DNA of 64,000 nucleotides from Tubulanus polymorphus (taxonomy: Eukaryota; Animalia; Nemertea), in the NCBI RefSeq assembly GCF_964204645.1, contig NC_134034.1, positions 14,128,010-14,192,009 of the forward strand. Direction: 5' to 3'. Positions 1-11,847 of the stretch are shown here, in pieces; position 1 is the stretch's first letter; every line of letters begins with the position of its first letter. Under the pieces are notes generated by a model. The model saw nothing but the letters and a program-made list of their open reading frames with translations. It did not search any database and was not told the DNA's origin. The position numbers were made by a program, and so were the translations under genes.

Positions 1-1299
1 TGGGCTATGAACCAAACTTTGACGCTTAGGTCACTAAACAAAGACCATGAATGAAAGATTTAACGTTTTTTAAAGTTATTTCTGTTGCCTTCATGACTCA
101 ATATTTGAGAATGGAACAAATGACGTAGTTAATGAAAGATTCATCTGTATCAGTGTTGCTACTGCTGCAGCTGCTGCTGCTGCTGGTGCAACTAACACAA
201 CCTTTTGCTGTTTGTCTCTAAAAGATTAAACTTGATCCCAGTCTGAACTGATGAGAATTTTAGTGAGACGACAAATAAGGAAAAGCCATATGAAAAAATG
301 TAAAGCGAATGCGTGAATAAAATAAAACAGCATGAAATGCTGATATAAAGAGTGGGGTCCGAGAGCAATTCGAAGGTTTAGTGTCCTGCACGCTTAGCGA
401 GCGGGCAGGGGTCTATTCCTACCTCGACTCAAGTGCTAAAAGTCAGAGAAAAGAGTAAAAACGAAAAATGGCAAATGAAGGAAAAATGGCTGGAGTTTGA
501 TTTGTTCCACTGGGTTTAAGTGTTAACTTGAAAAGACAATCAAACTGATTATTTAATGACGTATATATTTTGCATCAGCAGTTTAAAAACATTGATTAAT
601 AACTTTTATGAATAGGATTCCATAAACTACTTGCTTATATGAAACCTCTAGTAGAGAGTATTGAAATAGTCCACAATGGTTTCATTTAGTGACGTCATGT
701 TGAATTGATGAAGCAACATAAATAGCATTAATTGTTTTGATCTCAGCCATCATTCTTGTCCTTGGTTTGTGTTTGCCTTTCTCTCGACATTTTGTGAGTG
801 TGGAGGTTTGGTTCGGGTTTATTTCCTTGGTTCGGGTGAACCCTCCATATACCTCCCCCTCCCTTACAACATTAGGTTCCTCAGGTTTGGTTTGATGTTT
901 TGTAGATGAAACCTCTACAACTCAAACTCGCATCATTTGATGAAATGAAAGCTGTTTACAGACGACTGCTGCAACTTGTCGTGAAACTGAGATATATTGT
1001 GAATACTTATTAGAGGGAGTAGAAATAATAGGAATAATGTGATGAAATTGATAAAGAAATCATCTGTAAAAATGAAGCCATGTGATTTTCAAGACCAACC
1101 CAGGCATATGATCATTTGAGGTCATCTGAATGCCTCCAAAATGTGTAGAGAAAGTATCTGTGAGTCCCATCAATGATGCAATTGATTAAGGATTTTGATT
1201 TATAAATGAAATTGATATGATCGTGAAAAATGGCAAATCGTTTTGTAGTTATTGTACAGATGAGTGGTGTGTGAAGAGGAGACAAGAGAGTTGAGGAAG

Positions 1300-1633
1300 C
1301 ATGATGGGAGGGCATTGAGGGAGGGCATTGAGGGTGGGCCAGGTGGGAGGGAATTGAGGGTGGGCCAGGTGGGAGGGCATTGAGGGAGGGCATTGAGGGT
1401 GGGCCAGGTGGGAGGGAATTGAGGGTGGGCCAGGTGGGAGGGCATTGAGTGTGGGCCAGGTGGGAGGACATTGAGGGAGGGCCAGGTGGGAGGGCATTGA
1501 GGGAGGGGTCCAGGAGGGCGGGAGGGAAGGGGTCCGGGAGGGAAGGGGTATGGGAGGGTGGGAGGGAAGGGGTCAGGGAGGGAAGGGATTTGGGAGGGCG
1601 GGAGGGAAGGGGTCTGGGAGGGTCGGGTCGGGA
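1300..1633 (+). repeat. G-rich (GGGA/GGGT) low-complexity tract, G-quadruplex-prone
   Basis: Dense G3+ runs. Homologous tracts at 15160-15261, 37695-37833, 49835-50072; a second family at 11475-11790, 34205-34520, 46540-46830. Confidence 0.9.
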
Positions 1634-1971
1634 GGTTAGATGAGTTGAAATGTTCTGATGTTTTAGTTAGACAGATGGGAATCTAATGAAGATGAAAGAA
1701 CATTAAATCACTGTTCAATCACAGGATGAAGTAATGCAGTGATCTGTACTCTGTATCTGTACACAATGTTACATGTATCTGTAACTGTTCAATCAGTATG
1801 AAATAAGTACAGCAGTTTAATCTACAGAAATCCTGTACTGTTTCTGTCTGATTGATTGATAATTTGAGATGTTACATTCTGCTCTATTGTCACTGATTAT
1901 TGCTTCTTTTTCTTTTCAGAATGAAATGAATGCAATAGAATTTACTATTTAAACAGGCTCATTTAAAGGTA

Positions 1972-2524
1972 AGCAACAGCGCCACCACCAGCTGCAACAG
2001 CAGCACTGGCAGTACCTGCAGTACCAGCACCATGCAGCAACAGCGCCACCACCAGCTGCAACAGCAGCACTGGCAGTACCCGCAGTACTAGCACCATGCA
2101 GCAACAGCGCCACCACCAGCTGCAACAGCAGCACTGGCAGTACCTGCAGTACCAGCACCATGCAGCAACAGCGCCACCACCAGCTGCAACAGCAGCACTG
2201 GCAGTACCCGCAGTACTAGCACCATGCAGCAACAGCGCCACCACCAGCTGCAACAGCAGCACTGGCAGTACCCGCAGTACCAGCACCATGCAGCAACAGC
2301 GCCACCACCAGCTGCAACAGCAGCACTGGCAGTACCCGCAGTACTAGCACCATGCAGCAACAGCGCCACCACCAGCTGCAACAGCAGCACTGGCAGTACC
2401 CGCAGTACCAGCACCATGCAGCAACAGCGCCACCAGCAGCTGCAACTGCAGCACTGGCAGTACCCGCAGTACCAGCACCATGCAGTAACAGCGCCACCAG
2501 CAGCTGCAACAGCAGCAGTAGCAG
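1972..2524 (+). repeat. 64-bp CAG/GCA-rich minisatellite (~8.5 units)
   Basis: Unit GCAGCAACAGCGCCACCACCAGCTGCAACAGCAGCACTGGCAGTACCCGCAGTACCAGCACCAT. Also 15718-16200, 38290-38604, 50530-50621. Confidence 0.95.
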
Positions 2525-3697
2525 GTAAAACCTGTTTGGAAATTCATTATTTTTAGAGAACTGTTCTATATAAATTATTCTATCTGTTTATGTTTCCAGC
2601 ATTCAATCACTCAAAGATCACGGCTTAGTTTGATTTGGTGTGAAACTGCTCTTATTTCATAACAACTTAACTGACAATTTCTAAAATTTGTATTTAGGAG
2701 CTGAAATAACTGGAACCCTTGATAGAATCTGTGAACAGTAAACATTGGGAATTCACTTCACATTTGTTTAAGATGGACATCGCTTTAGATCCTCAAAACC
2801 AATACGGTACCGGTAAATATCTCTACAGATTCTAGTCTCTGTTTGACTGTACATTTATAAACTCATTTCCTGATTAGAAGCTACATTAATCAGTGAAGGC
2901 GAATTTTCAATCACTTCTATTCTGGTCAAAGTTCGAATCATCAAAATTATACAACTGTTGTATTCTGGGGTCTAAAATAAAGCTGAACTTGCAGTAAACA
3001 TTGCGCTCCACAAATCAAACAAGTCAGAAACGGTGAGTTTTATATCGATTTATTGCAGTAATTTGTGGTGATCTTCAAATCAAGTCCAGAAAATGATGTT
3101 TTGATCGGTCAATGTTGGCAGGTATCAACGTTTTACTAGAGGACGCAGTCTAAAGCTACCATCAAACCTCTCAGAAATCTGCATTTACTCGACACATTGT
3201 GATAAACTACTCATTAACCTGGTAGGTTTTCTGTCAATCGAACAGTTGCAGTTTCTATCTATTTCATTAACCATTTTCTGGCATAATTTTCTCTTTCCAG
3301 AATGCAATACGCCCAACACAAATTGGAACTGGAGAAATTAAAAATATTCACCTTCAAAGAGTAAAGAAGCTCTAGTTGCTGAAGCTGCTGCTATCGTTTT
3401 AAGAATTTATTTTCTCAGAAAATCATCAGTTCTCTTAACTTCATGACATTATGACTGTTGGAAGTGAAATCCTGCTAGATGGCACTGAACTTATCTGATA
3501 TGAGTTTAGAAATGGTGAGTATTTCATCACTCCACTGTGCTCTAATTTCATAATGTTCTAACATTTAATTATTCTGTACAGAATTTTTATGTGTGATTCT
3601 CCGGAAAGAAGTGAGGCTGATGCTGCTGCTGCTGCTGCTGCGGCTGCTGCTGCTGCGGCTGATGCTGCTGCTAATTCAATCGAACATTTTCTATATA

Positions 3698-3909
3698 ATT
3701 CATTTATTACGTACGCATGTATGGGGAGGGGGAGGGGGAGAGGAGGGGGAGGGGGAGGGGGAGGGGAGAGGAGGGTAGGGGGGAGGGGTCAGTGCTATTG
3801 TGTACTGTAATGCTTTATGTATATGAAAAAATTCGCCGATTTTGCGTACAGAGGGGGAGGGGGGTTAAAAAATTCAGATTTTATGCGTACGTAATAAATG
3901 GATGATCCC
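3698..3909. mobile_element. MITE with TIR GGG(A/T)CATTCATTTATTACGTACGCA, probably PIF/Harbinger-type; left end clipped
   Basis: Terminal inverted repeats; absent from the homologous site in the other three units; second family member at 19104-19268. Confidence 0.8.
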
Positions 3910-6253
3910 TGACGCAAGTTTTCTCTATTCTAGGACGAAGTGGGGATCTGGACCAATTTGCCATTTGACAGGGACAGGAACCAGCCATCTACCTGGAGAT
4001 TGATATGCTGCCACTTATTTCAGATCTGCAATTTTTAAGTTTAAAGCCAAATGAATATGGTTCATATGTGCCGATCGGCATGGGCTACTGTTTGTGATGG
4101 TTTTATACTCGACACATTGTGATAAACTACTCATTAACCTGGTAGGTTTTCTGTCAATTGAACAGTTGCAGTTTCTATCTATTTCATTAACCATTTTCTG
4201 GCATAATTTTCTCTTTCCAGAATGCAATACGCCCAACACAAATTGGAACTGGAGAAATTAAAAATATTCACCTTCAAAGAGTAAAGAAGCTCTAGTTGCT
4301 GAAGCTGCTGCTATCGTTTTAAGAATTTATTTTCTCAGAAAATCATCAGTTCTCTTAACTTCATGACATTATGACTGTTGGAAGTGAAATCCTGCTAGAT
4401 GGCACTGAACTTATCTGATATGAGTTTAGAAATGGTGAGTATTTCATCACTCCACTGTGCTCTAATTTCATTATATTCTAACATTTAATTATTCTGTACA
4501 GAATTTTTATGTGTGATTCTCCGGAAAGAAGTGCGGCTGATGCTGCTGCAGCTGATGCTGCTTAATTCTGCTAAACACAAGTTTGAAAATGATTGATTTT
4601 CTAATAGAATTTAGCCCCAATTTCAGACTGCTATAAATACATTACTTAGTATTTTCATAGTATAATGATTTTTTGCAGCATGAAATTTGTCCAATAGAAC
4701 AGTTTGAAAAGTGATCAAAGATTGAATAATGGTGTTGAATTATCTAGAATTATAAGGTAATTATAAATTCTAGTTACCGAATTATGTCATGAAAACAATT
4801 CCCACTTGACTGTTAATTCAATCGAACATTTTCTATGTAATATTTTCTCTATTCTAGGACGAAGTGGGGATCGGGACCAATTTGCCATTTGACAGGGACA
4901 GGGACCAGCCATCTACCTGGAGCCAAATGAATATTGTTTATCTGTGCCGACCGGCACGGGCAGCCTACTGTTGTTCTGTTTATGATGGTTTGATGGACTG
5001 TGTATCACATATCCATAAAAACAATAGAGTCATCCCCTGATTCGTCTCTCAAAGCTGTGGTGTCATTTTTGCTAATAGAATAATAGCCTGACTCTGGCAT
5101 AGAATATATAATTTAAACCCTGCTATATGCAAATTTAAAAGGCAAAATTCATTTATCAAGAATCGGAATCAAAATAATAAAAGTATAATGAAGAAATAAC
5201 TAGAACAACCTATACGAACAAAATAACAAAACCTCTCGACCTTAGCACTGAACACTCGCTTTACTTTCCCAATGAACTTGTTTTTCCCTGTTTTAGTTAT
5301 TCTTCAGACTTGATGATGGTCTCTACAGAGACTCCAAAATGTTGTGTCTTTTACTTCTATTAAGTTTCTATATAGTGGGTTTTAAAGTTTTAGGGAAAAT
5401 TGAAATTGAAGATTAAATGTAGCTGTAAAGCAGCGATAACTGGTTGCATTAGTTTGTAATTGTTTGTACCCCACGACCCAGTTTTATTGGTCTGATTTTG
5501 TAAAAAATTGTATGATACACATCATTGTATAATGATGTAATATGGACATGTTTTGACAAGTCACTCAATCAATGAAACCATAAAGTTGAAATATCGACAG
5601 GTTTTCTTTATTATGTGACTATAATATTTCGTGTGAACTGTTGTTCTGTTTTATTTGAAATAAAGATGAATTTTCTGTGTTGTTTTAGTTGTGATTACAG
5701 ACGTCGGCAGTTTCACACACACTCACGTAAATCCCACGGGTTCAGTTTCATAGAAATAATTTACTCATAAAGCTTTACTCAATTAGACTTTACCGCCTCA
5801 ATGAATGAATATTTTTGAAGAAACTGAGCCTAGGGTATAGAGTTTCACAAACCAATTGCGTTTAAACATTTTATTTTGAAGAAAAAATTAAATCCAAGTT
5901 GAAATTGATTCATCCTTTCTCTGTGAAACTGGACACTCGCTATTCAGTGTGCGAAACTGCGGCATCTAAATCTGATTGAAACCCGCATCATAAACCAAAT
6001 CCTACCGAGGGTACGGTTTCACATATACGGATTAATTATCAAAGATCAACAAAAAAGAAAAACTGAGTTCATGAAGTTCATCTGTTTTTGTGAGATTTGA
6101 TCCAGATTAAATTTCTTCACAAATTCAGTTAATGCATCGTTTTTTGTGAAACTGCGACCCCTGGTGTCCACTCGAGGGATTCATTTATTCGTTCTTACCT
6201 TAGTATGCGAGGGTTTCAATTCGATGGTCCAACTACTATTCTTAAAAAGGCAG

Positions 6254-6461
6254 GGTCCAGTTCCACAGTTGTTGAGTTAAGATTTAACTCTGGGCCCAGT
6301 TTCACAAAAAGGATGAAGGCCTAAATCGATTTAAGATAAACTGAATTAATGAAGAAATTAAATCGATTTAAGAGTTAAACCTTTTTGTGAAACTGGGCCC
6401 TGGGGTAACTCATTGAAAGTGAATTAACTTTAACTCTAACTCACAACTGTGGAACTGCGTC
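6254..6461. mobile_element. Nested PIF/Harbinger-type MITEs
   Basis: Outer TIR core CAGTTCCACAGTTG with CAG target; inner 6293-6399 with TIR GGCCCAGTTTCACAAAAAGG and CTG duplication. Also at 41412-41618. Empty sites AAAGGCAGGTGC at ~19015 and ~53430. Confidence 0.85.
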
Positions 6462-6544
6462 CGGGTGTGTTACATGACAATGAGGAATAAATATAGATAA
6501 TTGTTGCTGTAAGTCGTGTGTGCGTTATTTAATCATTTTTCGTG

Positions 6545-7170
6545 GCGGGGTCGAACCCAGGACACCTGTACATCCTCTATTCAGTATCAAGACCACTCTG
6601 AACCAGTATCAGTAATTACTGGTTCGAACCCGGGATACCTCTGTACATCCTCCATTCAGCATCAGGACCAATCAGAATCAGTAATTACTTTTAAGATATC
6701 AACATTTCACCGTACGGTGCTGCCTCTATGCTCATCGGTAGCGGGATTTTCATACACTAACGTTAGTCAACTCTGGCAAGCAAGGGTTACGGAGTATAGC
6801 TGGACAGCACGACGATTGCCAGAGTTGACTTCAGTTAGTGTATGGAAATCCCGCTAACGATGAGCACAGCGGCAGCACCGTACGGTCGGGACACCCTTGT
6901 ACATCCTCCATTCAGCATCAGGACAACTTGGACCACTACTGAGTTCGAACCCTGGACACCCCTGTACATCATCTAATCAGCATCAGGACCACTCTGAATC
7001 AGTATCAGTAATTACTGGTTCTCGAACCCGGGACACAACCCTGTACATCCTCCATTCAGCATCAGGACAACTTGGACCACTACTCAGTTCGAACCCGGGA
7101 CACCCCTGTACAAAGACCACTCTGAACCAGTATCAGTAATTACTTGGTTCGAACGCAGGACACCCCGTAC
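6545..7170 (-). repeat. Tandem array of ~65-78 bp tRNA-like (A-box/B-box) units
   Basis: On the minus strand each unit reads TGGTTCAGAGTGG or GTGGTCCAAGTTG ... CCCGGGTTCGAACCC. Homologs at 19285-19945, 41705-42185, 53530-54065. Confidence 0.7.
6709..6886. mobile_element. ~178-bp palindromic (foldback) MITE
   Basis: ~73-bp imperfect arms starting ACCGTACGGTGCTGCC. Copies at 19536-19713, 41867-42044, 53617-53794; diverged half copy at 9436-9487. Confidence 0.85.
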
Positions 7171-7370
7171 CCATTATGACGCGATTAGACACGTGTTCGA
7201 TGGTCGTCCTCATTCAGAAGATGAATTTAATTGTGAAACATGGTCATATCCAGGAATATTTAAACCCGGCCATCAATGTCTCGACTAAAACCGTGTCTAT
7301 AACGATATTTGTACTGTTAATCGTCGTATTTATCTTCTTTACGATAACCTACAACGATACGATTTCAAAC

Positions 7371-7960
7371 TGTGTTCTACCCGTACTCGTAGTAGGCCTA
7401 ACTACCAATTTCACGTTGTTTGGAGCCATTTTAGGACAGTGTAACTTCAACCTAGAGCGATTTCACCCACCCCGAGTGCTACTTGATAAAAGTTCCTGTG
7501 TAACAAGTTTAATCGTAATCGGTCCATTGGGTCAAGAGATAAAGACATTTATCCAAAGCGACACCTATGGAAAAGAGTGGAAATTGTTGCATACCAACCG
7601 TAGAGTAGATATTGTGGTTTTTATATATATTGAATAATGTCACCAACTCTTTTATTCATTTAGAAATAATCTACTGTATTGAGCGAAGTATCTTTTAAAT
7701 AAAGTGGCCTCCACTAGATAAAGCAAATATCTGTGTTCAAAATATATAAGTTACTATAGAATCAGTTGACCAAAAAATAACCCGAGTCAAACAGATGATC
7801 ATCTCGTACTACAAATACCTCGCTGGGCCAAAAATTAGCCCCAACCTGAGGCACTAACCCTAACAACCCTAGAGCGATCGCAACCGTAACCCTAGCAGGA
7901 CTCGAACCTGCGACCTCCAGCATGCCGGTCGAGCACGCTAACCACTAGACCACTGAGTTC
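7371..7960 (-). mobile_element. tRNA(Ala)-derived SINE-like element with TTAGGG repeats after the head
   Basis: Minus strand 7960-7889: A-box TGGTCTAGTGG, B-box/T-arm GCAGGTTCGAGTCCTGC, Ala-like loop (C)TGGCAT, then TAGGGTT(AGGGTT). The isolated copy 27797-28316 ends at the head. Confidence 0.6.
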
Positions 7961-8310
7961 TGATAGCTGACCTAGTTTGTGAATACGTGTGGTCAGTGTG
8001 GTACAAGGCCAACACTAGGGTTACTGAGTTTATCAAACAGGCCAACGCTAGGGTTTCTGCGTTTATTAAACAGGCCAACACTCGCGTCAGTGGTTGTTTC
8101 TTGGTAATAGCCTTTTTAGTGCCCTGGGGCCAGTTCCTTGGGTGATGGTTTAGGACGTAAATCTAAGCTTTTCTCATATCGGTATTTGTACACAACTCAA
8201 TCGTGAACGTCTTTCTGTATTCCAAGACTGATTCTATTGGCTGATACAGTCAAACTAAATCGTTTAATCCGCATCGGCTTAATCCGAATTTTGGTCTAAT
8301 CCGGATAATA
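7371..8310. repeat. H module (~1 kb boundary repeat)
   Basis: Copies at 7371-8310, 8311-9397, 20146-21280, 27797-28316 (partial), 31639-32046 (partial), 42387-43323, 43324-44377, 54271-55397. Confidence 0.9.
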
Positions 8311-9109
8311 CTGTGTTCTACCCTGTTCTATCCTGTGTTCTACCCGTACTCGTAGTAGGCCTAACTACCAATTTCACGTTGTTTGGAGCCATTTTAGTAC
8401 AGTGTAACTTCAACCTAGAGCGATTTCACCCACCCCGAGTGCTACTTGATAAAAGTTCCTGTGTATCAAGTTTAATCGTAATCGGTCCATTGGGTCAAGA
8501 GATATAGACATTTATCCAAAGCGACACCTATGGAAAAGAGTGGAAATACCAACCTTAAAGTAGATATTGTGGTTTTTATATATATTGAATAATGTCACCA
8601 ACTCTTTTATTCATTTAGAAATAAACTACTGTATTGAGCGAAGTATCTTTTAAACAAAGTGGCCTCCACTAGATAAAGCAAATATATGTGTTCAAAATAT
8701 ATAAGTTAGTATAGAATCTATTGACCAAAAAATAACCCGAGTCAAACAGATGATCATCGTACTACAAATACCTCGCTGGGCCAAAAATTAGCCCCAACCT
8801 GAGGCACTAACCCTAACCCTAGATCGATCGTAACCCTAACCCTAGCAGGACTCGAACCTGTGACCACCAGCATGCCGGTCGAGCACGCTAACCACTAGAC
8901 CACTGAGTTCTGATGGCTGCCCTGGTTTGTGAATATGGTTGGTCAGTGTGGTAACAGGCCAACACTAGCATTTCTGCGTTTATTAACCAGGCCAACACTA
9001 GGGTTTCTGCGTTTATTAAACAGGCCAACACTCGTCAGTGTTTGTTTCTTGGTAATTTTAGTGCCCTGGGGCCAGTTCGACGGGCGAAGACTGATTCTAT
9101 TGGCTAATA

Positions 9110-9287
9110 CAGTCAAACTAAATCGTTTAATCCGCATCGGCATAATCCGATTTTTGGTCTAATCCGGATAATATTTACAGTCAATTTAATCATTAATATA
9201 CACGAAAATGACTTTTAATCCGGATTTGCCGTAAAACGGATGAATTTTGTTGGTTCCAATGATCGGAATTAGGGAGATTCTATCATA
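9110..9287. mobile_element. Degenerate pogo/Tigger-type (Tc1/mariner) MITE within the H module
   Basis: TA|CAGTCAAACT..CGTTTAATCCG left end, internal AATCCG repeats, degenerate right end CGGAATTAGGGAGATTCTA. Confidence 0.55.
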
Positions 9288-10126
9288 CCATTTACTCTCC
9301 TTATATAAAGCTCTAATGTTGGTAGAGTTATTAATTTCTAACAATCTAGTGTTGAGTGATGAATGAAATTTGACTCAAGAAAAATCTGTATTCCTCACAT
9401 GCCGCAGTAAAATAGCAAGACTGCATCAAATTACAACCGTTCAGTGCTGCCCCTATGAATAACGATAGCGGAATTTCTGTGAACTAAAGTAGTAATTACG
9501 AAAACCTCAAAACGAATGATTAGATTGGTAAAGAGCGTGGTTTTCATTAGAATAAATTCTTTGAATATTGCGTAGAATATAAAACCTAATCTAATCGAAA
9601 AGAAGCCGAGACCTGCACTAGACTGGTTGCCATTTCTACCTGCTAGTACAGGTGGCGGTGACCAGTCTAGCGGCGGGAATCCCAATCTGAGGTACACTAT
9701 GACGCAATATCAAAATGGCGTGCTTTACCATAACACGAAATTAAGCAAAAACCTCACCTAATACAAACATTGCCACCCTCCTTCCCGACCCCTGAAATCA
9801 GTATTTCAATATTTGGTAAGTGTTTGTAACATTGGTTTAAATGGCGAAAAATATTCCATCTCAGATATTGTGGGAAATCATATTATTTCAGAGGTACATC
9901 CTACAAACGGCGGTGCACATGGTGGCGCTCAGTCGAGCATATCGACGTCATTCCATCCTGATATTTCTAGATCACGATGGGCTTCACCTCGCTGTTTTGT
10001 AATGAATTTGTTCTAAAATTATTCCATCGACTGATTACATCAAACAGTGAAAACAGTGTAAGTTTATTTCATATGTCGCTTAACCTATAGGCCTATTAAT
10101 CGCAGTCCAAACATGTCGGACACCAA

Positions 10127-10472
10127 CATCCTCCCATGGGAGGGATTTGAACCTGATGACATCGCTTGCTACACTCAGCCACGGCACGAACCCCTGCCAC
10201 ACTAGACCGGGTGCGCAGGTACATGCGCAGCTTTGCCGCATGAAATCTTGCAGCACCAATCAGATTGCTCGTTAATCGCTGAGGTAAATTTCACGGAAGA
10301 ACTATAAATGGGAAAACCCGGGTTAAAATAAAACTGAATTTCTAATTGGCTATTAATGACATCAACTAAGCTGCGCGTTTAGCTGCTGCGCACTCGGTCT
10401 AGTGTGGCAGGGTTTTGTATCGTGGCAATCTGGATGCCATCAGGTTCGAGTCCCTGCCGCGGGAGGATTGAT
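10127..10472. mobile_element. Foldback element with two outward-facing tRNA-like A/B-box arms
   Basis: Arms CGGTCTAGTGTGGCAGG...CATCAGGTTC(G/A)A(G/A)TCCCT...GGGAGGA on opposite strands. Copies at ~32777-33124 and ~45104-45452. Confidence 0.7.
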
Positions 10473-11276
10473 GCCTCTACTTGCCTCCATTCGTCTGTGA
10501 TATTGATGATGATGATGATCATCATCGGTTTCAGAAACAGATAATATTTAAACTGTTCGTTTTTTCATTACTTTCTTGTTTATATTTCATGTTGAACTCT
10601 AGATGCAAAACCTAAACTGTGGATAGAAAAACCCCGTGAATAAACGAACTGCAGATTGGAGCGAACAATCTAATTTGTAAGTTTGAATTTTAGATTTGAT
10701 ATTTCTGCAGTTATTTCTCAGGAAAGAAAATCTTAGATTTGTTTATTATAGGTATCACTTCAACGTGTTCAACGGGAATTTTGATTCAGCACAGGAAAAC
10801 AAGAATCACTCTTGGATTCAGCACAGGACAACAAGGAATCAGTGTTTCACAATCAGACTTTTTTGGTTTCGCGCCGGACATCGGGAATCACTCTTGGATT
10901 CAGCATGACGTCAGGAATCACTATAGCCTATGTGGAAATTCAAGATAAGTTACATTTATCTTTATTCATCGGTTGTTGAATTGATTTTAAGGGACCAATT
11001 TTATATTGTTTATTATAAACCATGTTTTGAAATGAAATCTCAGAAACCTGTTGCATTTATTCAATCATTTCAAATTTTTTTTGGTGAATATTTGGCTACA
11101 ATCAGTTCATGATTGGGATTGTTATTTCATTAAGCGGGTTTACAGGTTTTCTAAATTGTGATCAACTCAAATGTTATTCTTAATCAATATGAAACTGGTT
11201 CTTGATGTCAATAATACAACTGTTATCAATCATGTTCCTTCGTGACAATCAGATCATGTGTATCTTAAGAGTTAGA

Positions 11277-11473
11277 ATTTCTGTAGATTAAACTGCTGTA
11301 CTTATTTCATACTGATTGTACAGTTACAGATACATGTAACATTGTGTACAGATACAGAGTACAGATCACTGCATTACTTCATCTTGTAATTGAACAGTGA
11401 TTTAATGTTCTCTCATCTTCATTAGATTCCCATCCGTCTAACTAAAACATCAGAACATTCAACTCACCTAACC
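11277..11473 (-). repeat. Left arm of ~197-bp inverted repeat (partner 15262-15459)
   Basis: Reverse complement of 15262-15459. Equivalent pairs: 34005-34202/37834-38031 and 46342-46539/50073-50270. Orphan right arm at 1634-1831. Confidence 0.95.
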
Positions 11474-11847
11474 ACGGGGTTTGGGGAGGGTGGGTAGTGT
11501 TGGGGGGAGGGAAGGGGTAGAGGGAGGGAGGGAAGGGGTGGGGGACGGTGGGAGGGAAGGGATTTGGGAGGGAGGGTGGGAGGGATGGGGTGAGGGAGGG
11601 CGGGAGGGAAGGGGTGAGGGAGGGATGGGATTTGGGAGGGTGGGAGGGATGGGGTGAGGGAGGGTGGGAGGGATGGGATTTGGGAGGGTGGGAGTGATGT
11701 AGGGGTGCTGGTAGGACTTGGGAGGGTGGGAGGGATATAGGGGTGGTGGTAGGACTTTGGAGGGAGGGAGGGATATAGGGTGGGGCTTTAGGGTTTAGGT
11801 ACAGGTACAGGTACAGGTGGTTTAGTCGTAGTTTTAGTCTTGAAGTT

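Larger units (their letters stand above)
1..8310. repeat. Composite ~12-13 kb unit, copy U0 (left part outside window)
   Basis: Colinear near-identity with 13660-21047, 36296-43323 and 48472-55172: 40-mer array, G-rich tract, 64-mer array, tRNA-like array, H module. Confidence 0.95.

Noticed and set aside
247-290. Hammerhead ribozyme at CTGATGAG
   Set aside because: No stem II/GAAA arrangement; core is CGGATGA in two copies.
1039-1129. C/D box snoRNA (GTGATGA...CTGA)
   Set aside because: No terminal stem; C box mutated or lost in U2 and U3.
1112-2556. Minus-strand Pro-rich and Cys/Trp-rich ORFs
   Set aside because: Antisense translations of the G-rich and 64-bp repeats.
6545-7170. CRISPR-like array or functional tRNA cluster
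   Set aside because: No unique spacers or cas genes in this eukaryotic context; units lack complete cloverleaf stems.
7176-7637. 153-aa membrane protein ORF
   Set aside because: Spans the junction into the H repeat; broken or shortened in other copies.
8805-8845. Telomerase RNA template or chromosome end
   Set aside because: Only two short CCCTAA blocks inside a multicopy repeat; no supporting structure identified.
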